A DNA stretch of 64,000 bases, from NCBI GenBank assembly GCA_963751565.1, contig CAVVVA010000014.1:40139-104138 (forward strand). Reading direction: 5' to 3'. The notes beneath the pieces are model-generated. The model did no database searches. It saw only the letters and a program-made list of their open reading frames with translations, and had not been told where the DNA came from. The DNA is from an uncultured Actinomycetes bacterium. GTDB lineage: Bacteria; Actinomycetota; Thermoleophilia; UBA2241. Positions 8,604-16,764 of this stretch are shown piece by piece (positions within the stretch are counted from its first letter, which is position 1; every line of letters starts with the position of its first letter). Both the position numbers and the translations under genes were made by a program.

Positions 8604-9266
8604 ATGCCGCTGCCGTTGTCGTTCGTGCTGGCGGCTGCGCTGCTGTACGTCGCGTGGGCCGCGGCGCGGCCCGCGCCGCTGCACCGCAGCCGCCGCACGC
8701 CGGTGTTGGTCGCCGCCGTTCTCGTCCTGTGCGGCATCCTCTTTCCGCTGGCGCAGCAGGTCTTCTTCGGCAAGACCGACTACGTCCGACCGGCCCAGGT
8801 GGCGATCGTCTTCGGCGCCCAGGTGCACAGCGACGGACGGGCTTCCGTCGCCCTCGTCGACCGCGTGCGGACGGCTGCGCAGCTGTACGAAGCGGGCCTC
8901 ACCCAGCGCCTGCTCATGTCCGGGGCTCAAGGTCCGGGTGAGCCGGTCAACGAAACGACGGTGATGCGCTCACTGGCGATCGGCTTCGGCGTCCCGGCGT
9001 CGGCGATCGAGGTCGATCCCCACGGCGTCAACACGGACGCGACGGTGCGCGACACGGTGCCGCTCATGCGCGCCGCCGGCTATCGGCAGGTCGCCGTCGT
9101 GAGCGACTTCTTCCACCTGCCGCGCGTCAAGCTCGCCTACCAGCGGCTCGGCTACGACGTCATCACCGTGCCGTCGCGCGCCCGCCGCATACCGCAGACC
9201 ACCAAGCTCGTCCTGCGCGAGATCCCCGCGTTCTGGGTGTACTACCTGCGGGCCGTCCTGGGCTGA
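8604..9266 (+). CDS. DUF218 domain membrane protein (SanA/YdcF/ElyC family)
   Basis: Two N-terminal TM segments, then a DUF218-like core (VAIVFGAQVHSDGRAS...LLMSGAQGPGEPVNETTVMRSLAI...GYRQVAVVSDFFHLPR). Confidence 0.75.
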   Translation: MPLPLSFVLAAALLYVAWAAARPAPLHRSRRTPVLVAAVLVLCGILFPLAQQVFFGKTDYVRPAQVAIVFGAQVHSDGRASVALVDRVRTAAQLYEAGLTQRLLMSGAQGPGEPVNETTVMRSLAIGFGVPASAIEVDPHGVNTDATVRDTVPLMRAAGYRQVAVVSDFFHLPRVKLAYQRLGYDVITVPSRARRIPQTTKLVLREIPAFWVYYLRAVLG

Positions 9267-9399
9267 CGAGAGTACTGACGCGCCCGGTCCGGCAGCAGGT
9301 GAGTGGAACCTCGCCGCTTCTCGCCCTCGTCCTGGCTTGAGCCCGAACCGGCGGGGTCTCTCTTTGGAGAGCCGTGTCGTCGGCTCGTGTCGTTGTGCT

Positions 9400-10116
9400 C
9401 TACAGGTCGAACAGCCGCACCTCGGGCAGGTGTCGCGTCAGCTCGGTCAGCCCGCCGGTGACGAGCAGCAGTCCGCACCCGGCCAGCACGATTCCCGAGA
9501 CGATCCGCACCGTTCGGTAGTGGCGCTTGAGAAAGCCCAGGCGGGCCATCGCCCAGTCGTAGGCGAGCGCGGTGAGCAGGAAGGGGACACCGAGCCCGGC
9601 CGAGTACAGCGCAAGCAGCAGCGCGCCAGCCAGCGCGTCGCCGCCCGAGCCGGCCAGCACGAGGATGCTGCCCAGCACGTAGCCCACGCAGGGCGTCCAG
9701 CCCAGACACACCACGGCCCCCGTGATGAAGGCGCCGATCACGCCCGCCCGCGGCGAGGGCGACCAGCGCAGCCCCGGCAGACGCACCACGTCGGCGACTG
9801 TCAGGCCGGCCACGATCAGGAAGACCCCGCCGACGATGGTCAGCAGGCGGCGCTCGTCGGTGAGCAACGACCCGGCGGCGCCGGCCGCGGCGCCCAGCGC
9901 CACGAAGACGGCCGTGAAGCCGGCCACGAACGCAAGCGCCGTGCCCACGACATTGCGGCGGCGGCGGTCGAGGTCGGCGACGGCGACCCCCGAGACATAC
10001 GACAGGAAGGCCGGCACGAGCGGCAGCACGCAGGGTGAGGCAAACGACACGGCGCCGGCGGCCAGAGCCAGGACGACCGCCGCCGGTGAGAGCGAGTGGA
10101 CGGCGGCGGCGATCAT
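9400..10116 (-). CDS. ccdA: Cytochrome c-type biogenesis / thiol-disulfide transporter CcdA (DsbD TM-domain family)
   Basis: Six-TM protein with the two conserved Cys motifs (FASPCVLPLVPAF and LGWTPCVGYVLGSIL). Start MIAAAVHS at 10116. Confidence 0.85.
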   Translation of the reverse strand: MIAAAVHSLSPAAVVLALAAGAVSFASPCVLPLVPAFLSYVSGVAVADLDRRRRNVVGTALAFVAGFTAVFVALGAAAGAAGSLLTDERRLLTIVGGVFLIVAGLTVADVVRLPGLRWSPSPRAGVIGAFITGAVVCLGWTPCVGYVLGSILVLAGSGGDALAGALLLALYSAGLGVPFLLTALAYDWAMARLGFLKRHYRTVRIVSGIVLAGCGLLLVTGGLTELTRHLPEVRLFDL

Positions 10117-10349
10117 CGTCCGGCGCCCCGCGCGGCATTGCGACCACCCGGCCGGGACACGACAAGGCGTGCCGCCGGCGCAGAGACCGATGGCTGCCCG
10201 CCGATGTCCCGCCACCCGATTCTCACGACCCTCTCCTGGCATCCGGCCGGGCTTGGCCCGGCTCCGCACTCGTCTCGTATCGGCTCGTCGCGCGCCGGAC
10301 TCGACCACGAGAGCCGGCCGGCCGCGGGCGGCAGCGATCGCCGAACACG

Positions 10350-10675
10350 GTGTGAGCGAAGGGCGGGGTGAGGGTCGAGGTTCGGATGGCTTGAGCGAAG
10401 GGCGGGGCGAGGGTCGAGGTTCGCATGGCTGACCGCAGGGAGAGGTGCGGGTCGGGGATCGGATGGCTTGAGCGAAGGGCGGAGCGAGGTTCGAGGTTCC
10501 GCTGACGGGAGCGAAGGGCGGGGTGAGGGTCGAAGGTCGGCCTGCGAGGTGGAGGCCCCGCAAGGTGAGGTGCGCAGCTGACCGAGACAGCTCCGACCTG
10601 AGGCCCTCACCCCGCCCGGAGCGCCTCCCGAGTCAGCTCCGACCTGAGGCCCTCACCCCGCCCGGAGCGCCTCCC
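10350..10675. repeat. Composite repeat element IR-R: about four copies of unit B, then two copies of unit A, in inverted orientation relative to IR-L
   Basis: CGAAGGGCGGGGTGAGGGTCGAGGTTCG... repeated 4x; GCTCCGACCTGAGGCCCTCACCCCGCCCGGAGCGCCTCCCG repeated 2x. Confidence 0.8.
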
Positions 10676-10702
10676 GGTTTGACTTGGCGAGCGCCCGCGT
10701 CA

Positions 10703-10724
10703 TAATACCCTGCAGGGTATTATT
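10703..10724. promoter_or_regulatory. Perfect 22 bp AT-rich palindrome ATAATACCCTGCAGGGTATTAT; candidate operator/promoter ~25 bp upstream of the FmdB-like gene
   Basis: Perfect dyad symmetry. It is locally AT-rich within a 72% GC background and contains CATAAT/TATTAT -10-like hexamers. Confidence 0.5.
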
Positions 10725-10749
10725 CCGGCGAACCAGGGAGTGAAGGCGC

Positions 10750-10953
10750 GTGGCCACCTACGACCTTGTCTGTCTCGAGTGCGGCCACATCTTCGAGCTC
10801 TTCGTCCAGGGGTTTCTGAAGAACGAAGACCGCCAGTGCCCGAGCTGCGGCTCGTTCAAGACCCGGCAGAAGTTCTCGTCCTTCCTCACCAACGCCTCGA
10901 GCGGCTCGTCGTCCGGCGCGTGCGACGCGCCCGCCGGCGGCGGCTTCACCTGA
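10750..10953 (+). CDS. FmdB-family zinc-ribbon protein (putative regulatory, CxxC...CxxC)
   Basis: MATYDLVCLECGHIFE...RQCPSCGS matches the FmdB/zinc-ribbon family signature. The C-terminus is Gly/Ser-rich. Confidence 0.8.
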   Translation: MATYDLVCLECGHIFELFVQGFLKNEDRQCPSCGSFKTRQKFSSFLTNASSGSSSGACDAPAGGGFT

Positions 10954-11028
10954 GGAGCCTGACCGGGCGCGTCGCGCCCGCCCCGACACAGCGTCCCAGC
11001 GCCCCCGCCGACCTGCTACGATGAACCC

Positions 11029-12030
11029 ATGAAGGTCCTCGTCACCGGCGGCGCCGGCTACATCGGCAGCGTGATCGCCGCCCGCCTCGTCGCCGCCGGC
11101 CACGCCGTCACCGTGTACGACGACCTGTCGCGCGGCCATCGTGCGGCAGTGCCTCCCGGCGCGACGCTCGTGAAGGCCGACATCCGCGACGCAGACAGTG
11201 TCGCGGCGGCGCTCACGAGCGGCGGCTGCGAGGCGATCGTGCACATGGCGGCCCTCGCGGAGGTCGCGGAGTCGGTCGCCTTTCCCGCGCGCTACCACGA
11301 CGTCAACGTCGCGGGCACGCAGGCGGTTCTTCAGGCCGCGCTGCGCGCCGGCGTGTCGCGCCTCGTCTTCTCGTCGACGGCGGCGGTCTACGGCGCGCCC
11401 GAGCGCGTTCCCATCGACGAAGACTCTCCGCTCGCGCCGGCCAACCCCTACGGCGAGACCAAGCTCGCCGCCGAGCGCCTGCTGGGCGAGGCGGCCGCCG
11501 CGAGCGGCGGCCGCCTCGCCACCATCGCGCTGCGCTACTTCAACGCGGCCGGCGCCGACGGGCCGCGCGGCGAGGATCACGCTCCCGAAAGCCACCTCGT
11601 CCCCCTGGCGCTCACCGCGGTGCGCGACGGTACGACACTCAGGATCTTCGGCGACGACTACCCCACGCCCGACGGCACCTGCGTGCGCGACTACGTTCAC
11701 GTGAGCGATTTGGCGGCGGCGCACGTGGCCGCGCTCGAGCGCCTGCCACAGGCGGCCGGGGCGTTCAACCTCGGCACCGGCAGCGGCAGCTCCGTGCTCG
11801 AGGTGCTGCGGGCGGTCGCGGCCGCAACCGCCCGCGATCCCGCCGTCGAGCACGCCTCGCGGCGGGCCGGCGACCCACCGGTGCTGGTGGCGTCGAACGA
11901 CCGCGCCCGTCGCGCGCTGGGCTGGCGACCGCGACGGCGGCTCGACGGCATCGTCGCCGACGCCTGGGCGTGGATGTCCGCCCATCCGCGCGGCTACGAC
12001 GACAGAGGTGGCGAGCAGGGAGCGACTTAG
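11029..12030 (+). CDS. galE: UDP-glucose 4-epimerase
   Basis: Rossmann motif MKVLVTGGAGYIGS, catalytic YGETK, and extended-SDR GalE signatures throughout. Confidence 0.9.
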   Translation: MKVLVTGGAGYIGSVIAARLVAAGHAVTVYDDLSRGHRAAVPPGATLVKADIRDADSVAAALTSGGCEAIVHMAALAEVAESVAFPARYHDVNVAGTQAVLQAALRAGVSRLVFSSTAAVYGAPERVPIDEDSPLAPANPYGETKLAAERLLGEAAAASGGRLATIALRYFNAAGADGPRGEDHAPESHLVPLALTAVRDGTTLRIFGDDYPTPDGTCVRDYVHVSDLAAAHVAALERLPQAAGAFNLGTGSGSSVLEVLRAVAAATARDPAVEHASRRAGDPPVLVASNDRARRALGWRPRRRLDGIVADAWAWMSAHPRGYDDRGGEQGAT

Positions 12031-12043
12031 GTCGGCGCTGCTT

Positions 12044-12487
12044 TCAGGCGGACGCCGGCGAGGGCGCCAGGGGCGCCGACGGCGCCGGCGCAAGCTCGGC
12101 CAGCGTGACCTCGGCGAGCACGTCCATCATGCGCTCCTGGGCGAGCACCCAGACTTCGTGCATGCGGCAGTCGGCGCTGCGCCGGCAGTCTTCGGGCCAC
12201 AGGACGCAGCCGTTGAGGGCGATCGGCCCGTCGACCGCCTCGACGACCTCGCGCACCGTGATCTCGGCCGGTGGACGGGCCAGCGAAAAGCCGCCGTGCG
12301 CGCCCCGCTGCGAGACGACGAGGCCGGCGTGCACGAGACTCTGAAAGATCTTGGCGAGGAAGCTTTCGGGGATGTCCTGCTCGGCGCCGACATCGCGCAG
12401 CGAGGAGATCTCCCCCACGGGCCGATGCGCCAGATAGGTCATGGCGCGTATGGCGTATTCGCCGCCGCGTGTCAGTTGCAGTCCCAT
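12044..12487 (-). CDS. Rrf2-family transcriptional regulator (IscR/NsrR-like, probable Fe-S cluster ligands)
   Basis: Start MGLQLTRGGEYAIRAMTYLA (ATG 12487). Winged-helix Rrf2 N-terminus. Three-Cys motif CVLWPEDCRRSADC resembles the IscR/NsrR CX6CX5C cluster-binding site. Confidence 0.85.
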   Translation of the reverse strand: MGLQLTRGGEYAIRAMTYLAHRPVGEISSLRDVGAEQDIPESFLAKIFQSLVHAGLVVSQRGAHGGFSLARPPAEITVREVVEAVDGPIALNGCVLWPEDCRRSADCRMHEVWVLAQERMMDVLAEVTLAELAPAPSAPLAPSPASA

Positions 12488-12743
12488 TTGAAGACCACCG
12501 CGTAGAGGCACCAGCCGGACAGTTTTTGTCCGCGTTCTTCGTACTCTAGACGGCCCGCGGAGCGGCCGTCAAGCGGGCGTCCTCGCCCAGTCGAGCGAGT
12601 CTCCGCCTTTGTTAAGCGGGGGTTAAGGACTGTTACGGGCGGGCCGACACAGTCAAGGGGCCGGAAGGCCCGTCGCATAATGCACTGGAAGGGTTGCGAA
12701 GCACGGGCTCCGGCAGGCCGATTCACGAAAGGAACGCAAGACG

Positions 12744-13370
12744 TTGCGGAAGCACTACGCCGTCGCCGGCATCGTCGTAGCTGTCCTGGTCGCCGTCCTC
12801 ATCGTCGTCGCCGGCTCGAGGTCGTCTGGTGACGGGACGGACTCCACCGCTCACGAGACGAGCGCCACCGCCCTTCCGACCGGTCACCCGTCCGCCGCCG
12901 CCGGCGCCGCATCTCCGACCGACTACGTCGCGATGGTCAAGCTGCTCGAGGCGCGCCACGCCAAAGACCCCTCCAACGTCAAGACCGCCATGGATCTGGC
13001 CAACGCCTACCTCATGACCGAGCAGCCCACCAAGGCCCGGCGGCTCTATGCCAGCGTGCTGGCGAGCGATCCGGGCAACGAGACCGCCAAGGCGCAACTG
13101 GCCATGGCGCTCCACGCCGACGGCCACGACGACCAGGCTCTCAGCCTGCTGAACGGCGTCCTGCAGACCGACCCGCGCAGCCAGCTCGCCCACTACAACC
13201 TGGGGACGCTCTATTTCTCGGAGCAGAAGTCCGACTGGGCGAGGGACGAGTGGAAGAAGGCGGCGGCGATCGACCCCACGTCGGGCATCGGCAAGTCGGC
13301 CCAGAACTTCGTCAACCTGATGGACGACAGTACCGGCAGCCCGCACCCGAGCGACACGAAGAGCGAGTAG
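12744..13370 (+). CDS. Membrane-anchored TPR-repeat protein
   Basis: TTG start with AAAGGA 11 nt upstream. N-terminal TM (AVAGIVVAVLVAVLIVVAG). TPR-like repeats (AMDLANAYLMTEQPTKARRLYASVLASDPGNETAKAQLAMAL...AHYNLGTLYF). Confidence 0.7.
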   Translation: MRKHYAVAGIVVAVLVAVLIVVAGSRSSGDGTDSTAHETSATALPTGHPSAAAGAASPTDYVAMVKLLEARHAKDPSNVKTAMDLANAYLMTEQPTKARRLYASVLASDPGNETAKAQLAMALHADGHDDQALSLLNGVLQTDPRSQLAHYNLGTLYFSEQKSDWARDEWKKAAAIDPTSGIGKSAQNFVNLMDDSTGSPHPSDTKSE

Positions 13371-13389
13371 CCCCCGCGGCCGCTACTCG
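13364..13389. terminator. Candidate bidirectional hairpin between convergent genes (CGAGTAG-12 nt-CTACTCG)
   Basis: A 7 bp stem spans both stop codons of the convergent TPR and pncA-like genes. The loop contains the CCGCGG palindrome. There is no T-tract. Confidence 0.35.
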
Positions 13390-13913
13390 ATCGTCGCCCC
13401 CAGCACGTCGCGCATGTGGGCGAGGGCGAAACGGTTGACCTCGTCGGCCTCGTGGCCCGGCGCCTCGTAGGTCTCGACGAGCGCCCGGCGCACGACCACC
13501 CGGTAGTCCCGGTTGCGCAGGTCGGCGACGGTGTGCAGCACGCAGATGTCGGTGCACACTCCGACCACTTCGACCACGTCGGGGCCGAGATCGGAGAGCA
13601 GGCGCTCGAGGTCGGTCCCGAAGAAGCCCGAGTAGCGCCGCTTGCGCACGATCGGCGCGCCGGCCGCCAGGTCGCGCAGCTCGTCGACGATCTCCTCCTC
13701 ACCCGACCCGGCCACGCAGTGCGGCAGGAACATGGCAAACTCGGCGTCGTCGGGCTCGTGGGTGTCGGCCAGGAAGATCAGCGCCGCGCCGGCGGCGACC
13801 TCGCGCTCGAGGTAGGCGCGGATGCCGGGCACCACCGCACCGAGGCGCTCGCTGGCGAGATTGCCCGCCTTGCAGAAGCCGTTCAGCACATCGACGACGA
13901 TGATCGCTTTCAT
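13383..13913 (-). CDS. pncA: Isochorismatase-family hydrolase, probable nicotinamidase/pyrazinamidase
   Basis: MKAIIVVDVLNGF..., catalytic Cys region VVGVCTDICVLHT. Immediately downstream of the NAPRTase gene. Confidence 0.8.
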   Translation of the reverse strand: MKAIIVVDVLNGFCKAGNLASERLGAVVPGIRAYLEREVAAGAALIFLADTHEPDDAEFAMFLPHCVAGSGEEEIVDELRDLAAGAPIVRKRRYSGFFGTDLERLLSDLGPDVVEVVGVCTDICVLHTVADLRNRDYRVVVRRALVETYEAPGHEADEVNRFALAHMRDVLGATIE

Positions 13914-13992
13914 CTGTCGCACACTCTTTAACGGACGCGTGCTCCCCGGTCGGGTCGCATCGCTCGAGCAAGAGTGTTCCCCCAGCGCCGAC

Positions 13993-15093
13993 CTACTCCA
14001 CCAGCTCGAGCCGCGGGTTGGGTCGCTCGCAGCGTCCCCGCTTGGCGCACGGCCGGCCGTCGACCCGCACGACGTCGGCCGTAAAGTCCACCTTGCCGCG
14101 CAGCAGACTCGAACCGACACCGTAGGCGTCGGCGGGCACGCCGGCGCGCTCGAACTCGCGGATGCGCTGTGCGTCGAAGCCGCCGCTCACCACGATGCGC
14201 ACGTGGTCGAAGCCCTCGGCGTCGAGCGCCCGCCGCACGTTGCGAACCAGCTCAGGGGTGACGCCGGTCGGGCCGAACTGCCCCATGCTCTCCCACAACG
14301 AGCGGTCGACCATGGTCTCCGAGGTGTCGAGGCGCACGCCCCACAGGTGCTCGCCGAGGGCGCGGGCGCAGGCGAGCGAGGTCGCCACGCAGTCGTTGTC
14401 GAAGTCGACCAGGGCGACCACGTTGACGTCGGGACAGAGAATGTCGGCAAACGCCGCCGAGGCGGCCACCGTGTCGCCGCCGTAGGCGGCGATCAGGCCG
14501 TGCGGCACCGTGCCGCCGCCCTTGCCGCCCCACCACGACGCCTGCTCGTCGGTCGACACGCCGATGGCGCCGGCGACGTGCGCCGCCCAGCCGTCGCCGG
14601 CCTGGACCCGGTAGTGGTCGAAGCGCGCCGGAAAGAAGAGGATCGGCTTGTCGCCGGCCGCCTCGACCACGCGTCGTACGTTCGTCGAGATCAGCGTGCG
14701 ACGCGTCAGGACGCCGAGATACACCGTCTCCAGGTGGGCGAACAGCGAGTAGTCGCCCGCGATCGTCATGACGGTCTCCCACGGCTCGATGTCGTCGCCG
14801 TCGTAGAGCGCCCGGACTTCGAGCTCGTCCCAGCCGTCGACCCATCTCCGCCGGCCGCCGTCGTCGACGTGGCGCCCCGAACACTGCCGCAGCGCGGCGA
14901 TGGCTTCGTCCATGCCGCCCAGCACGGCCGTCTCGTACTTCTGGAAGACCTGCATGAGCACGCGCGGATGCTCGTCGCGGGTCTCGAGGACACGCTTGGA
15001 AAAGTTGAAGTAGGCGTCGGTGTAGTAGCCCTCGCGCATGCGCTCGACCGGCAGCGCAAAGACATCGGGCTCGAGGCGGCGGCGCTCGCTCAT
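13993..15093 (-). CDS. pncB: Nicotinate phosphoribosyltransferase (NAPRTase family)
   Basis: The N-terminus YTDAYFNFSKRVL and the C-terminus GVGSSLL are conserved. Overall length and pattern match NAPRTase family proteins. Confidence 0.8.
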   Translation of the reverse strand: MSERRRLEPDVFALPVERMREGYYTDAYFNFSKRVLETRDEHPRVLMQVFQKYETAVLGGMDEAIAALRQCSGRHVDDGGRRRWVDGWDELEVRALYDGDDIEPWETVMTIAGDYSLFAHLETVYLGVLTRRTLISTNVRRVVEAAGDKPILFFPARFDHYRVQAGDGWAAHVAGAIGVSTDEQASWWGGKGGGTVPHGLIAAYGGDTVAASAAFADILCPDVNVVALVDFDNDCVATSLACARALGEHLWGVRLDTSETMVDRSLWESMGQFGPTGVTPELVRNVRRALDAEGFDHVRIVVSGGFDAQRIREFERAGVPADAYGVGSSLLRGKVDFTADVVRVDGRPCAKRGRCERPNPRLELVE

Positions 15094-15159
15094 GGGCCGC
15101 AGTGTACCACCGGAGGAGTCGGCGAACCGGTCGCGGACGGCAGCCGCGGCCGCGGCCCT

Positions 15160-16536
15160 TTACGAGCCGCGTGCCGCGTGCATGGCGGCGATGAACCGTC
15201 CGGCCATGCCCGGTGACGCGGCGAAGCTCGCAAACAGGGTGGTCGCCAGGCAGCGGCCGACGACGAAGCCCTCGGTGCGGCTGGTGCCGTCCGGCATGGC
15301 GATCTGGTAGGCGAACACGTCCTGCTCGAGGACCAGGAACTCGAGGTCGAACAGCTCGTGGAGCGTAACCTCGCCGGCGTCGTAGGGATTGGCCCTCGTC
15401 GCTTCGGCCCGCACGTAGCGGGGACGGTCGTACCATTCGAGGAGCTCGGCCTCGGCCGGCACCAGGCCGAGCAGGTCGTGGCTGCGGCCGCGGCTGTCGG
15501 CCAGGCGCTGGAGCATGAGGAGGGCGCCGCCGCCGAGGGCCAGCACGGGCAGACCCCCGGCGGCGGCGGTCCTCAGATCCTGACGCAGCAGGGCGTTGTC
15601 GGAGAACGCGTCGATGGTCTGCTCGTCGAGCGTGCCGGTAAAGAGCAGGCCGTCGCAGGGCTCGGGCAGCTCGCGGTCGCGCGAGATGTTGAGCGGCACG
15701 AGGTTGACGCCCATCGCCTGCAGCACGTCGACGTTCTCGAGCATGACCGGCTGCAGCGGCGGTCCCCAGGCGACCGCCACCACGAGGTCGGTCGCCGAGG
15801 TCTCGGGCAGCAGCAGGCGGCGCGGCGCCGCCGGCAAAAAGCCGCGCCGCGCCGCCACCGCCGCGATCTCGTCGAGCTGCAGGTACGTACCGGCCTCGCG
15901 GCAGAGCTGCACCAGCGTCGTCTCGGGGGCTCTGGCGCCCAGCGTGCGCACAGAACCGCTCGCCACGGCGTACTGGCGCAGGAACTGCTCCGTGAGCTGC
16001 GGCGGGATGTGGCCCAGCAACGGCAGAGACACATCGCGCCGCAGCGCCTCCTGCAGCTCGCGGCCGACGAGCGAGTCGTCGCCGCCCACCAGCACCACGC
16101 CGCCGATCTCGAGCTCGTTCGCCAGGGCCCGTGTGCCGTAGATGGTGGCCGCCGCGCTGGCCCCTCTGCCGCGCGCGTCGAGCACGAGAATGACCGGGGC
16201 GTCGAGGCGTCGGGCCAGGTCGGCCGGCCGCGAACCGTTCACGCCCTCCCAGCTGTCGAGCAGCGGCCGCACGCCGACGACCAGCGTGAGATCCATGTGC
16301 TCGCTCCACTGATCGAACAACTCGTCGGCCACCGGTGCGGGGTGCAGTGCGGGATCGAGGGCTCGCGGCGCGCGGGCCGACGCGTCGTAGACGAGGCGCC
16401 AGAGGGGCAGGTCGAAGCCCAGCAGGACGGCGCGCGTGGCGCGCTGCTCGCCGAATCCGGCGAGCAGCGCGCCGGCCACGAGGTCGAGCGCGGGGCCGGG
16501 TTCGACCCCGGCCAGGATGAGGCGCGGCACGGACAC
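15160..16536 (-). CDS. CbiA/CobB-like protein (cobyrinic acid a,c-diamide synthase family) with degenerate P-loop and GATase nucleophile
   Basis: Domain order and spacing resemble CbiA (N-terminal CobQ/CbiA ATPase-like, C-terminal GATase_3-like: LPEPCDGLLFTG...LPVLALGGGALLM). The expected GxGKT is replaced by AGVEPGPA. The expected catalytic Cys in xCGG is Gly (LGGG). Confidence 0.55.
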   Translation of the reverse strand: MSVPRLILAGVEPGPALDLVAGALLAGFGEQRATRAVLLGFDLPLWRLVYDASARAPRALDPALHPAPVADELFDQWSEHMDLTLVVGVRPLLDSWEGVNGSRPADLARRLDAPVILVLDARGRGASAAATIYGTRALANELEIGGVVLVGGDDSLVGRELQEALRRDVSLPLLGHIPPQLTEQFLRQYAVASGSVRTLGARAPETTLVQLCREAGTYLQLDEIAAVAARRGFLPAAPRRLLLPETSATDLVVAVAWGPPLQPVMLENVDVLQAMGVNLVPLNISRDRELPEPCDGLLFTGTLDEQTIDAFSDNALLRQDLRTAAAGGLPVLALGGGALLMLQRLADSRGRSHDLLGLVPAEAELLEWYDRPRYVRAEATRANPYDAGEVTLHELFDLEFLVLEQDVFAYQIAMPDGTSRTEGFVVGRCLATTLFASFAASPGMAGRFIAAMHAARGS

Positions 16537-16764
16537 TCTCGCGTACTTCCTCGATTCTCCCCCGACACGCCTGGCCGACGCCTGGCTACCGGGATCGCGC
16601 GTGGGATTCCAGAGCTTCAGCGCGCCGCGGCGCTTTCCTGCCGCGACGTGCGCGACGACGGTCGACCTCTAATCCATCGGCCGCTGGTGTCGACATTAGA
16701 ATACGCGAACCGAACGGGACTGGAGGGACTCGAGACGGGCTCAGGCAAGCAACTCAGAGAGATC

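Noticed and set aside
7775-10675. Possible CRISPR array, because of the ~40-45 bp direct repeats
   Set aside because: Repeats are contiguous or tandem with no unique spacers of regular length. Two different unit types alternate. There are no cas genes. This is not a CRISPR.
12472-12726. 84 aa minus-strand ORF in the Rrf2/TPR divergent intergenic region
   Set aside because: Lies entirely within the promoter region between two divergent genes. No Shine-Dalgarno and no recognisable features. More likely non-coding regulatory DNA.
14252-16309. 685 aa ORF on the minus strand (and 15358..16760 portion of the + ORF) across the pncB/CbiA-like region
   Set aside because: Extreme Arg/Gly/Ala/Pro composition. 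It overlaps out of frame genes with clear homology, the NAPRTase and the CbiA-like protein. The + strand ORF only becomes protein-like at MTARIIFGV (16765).
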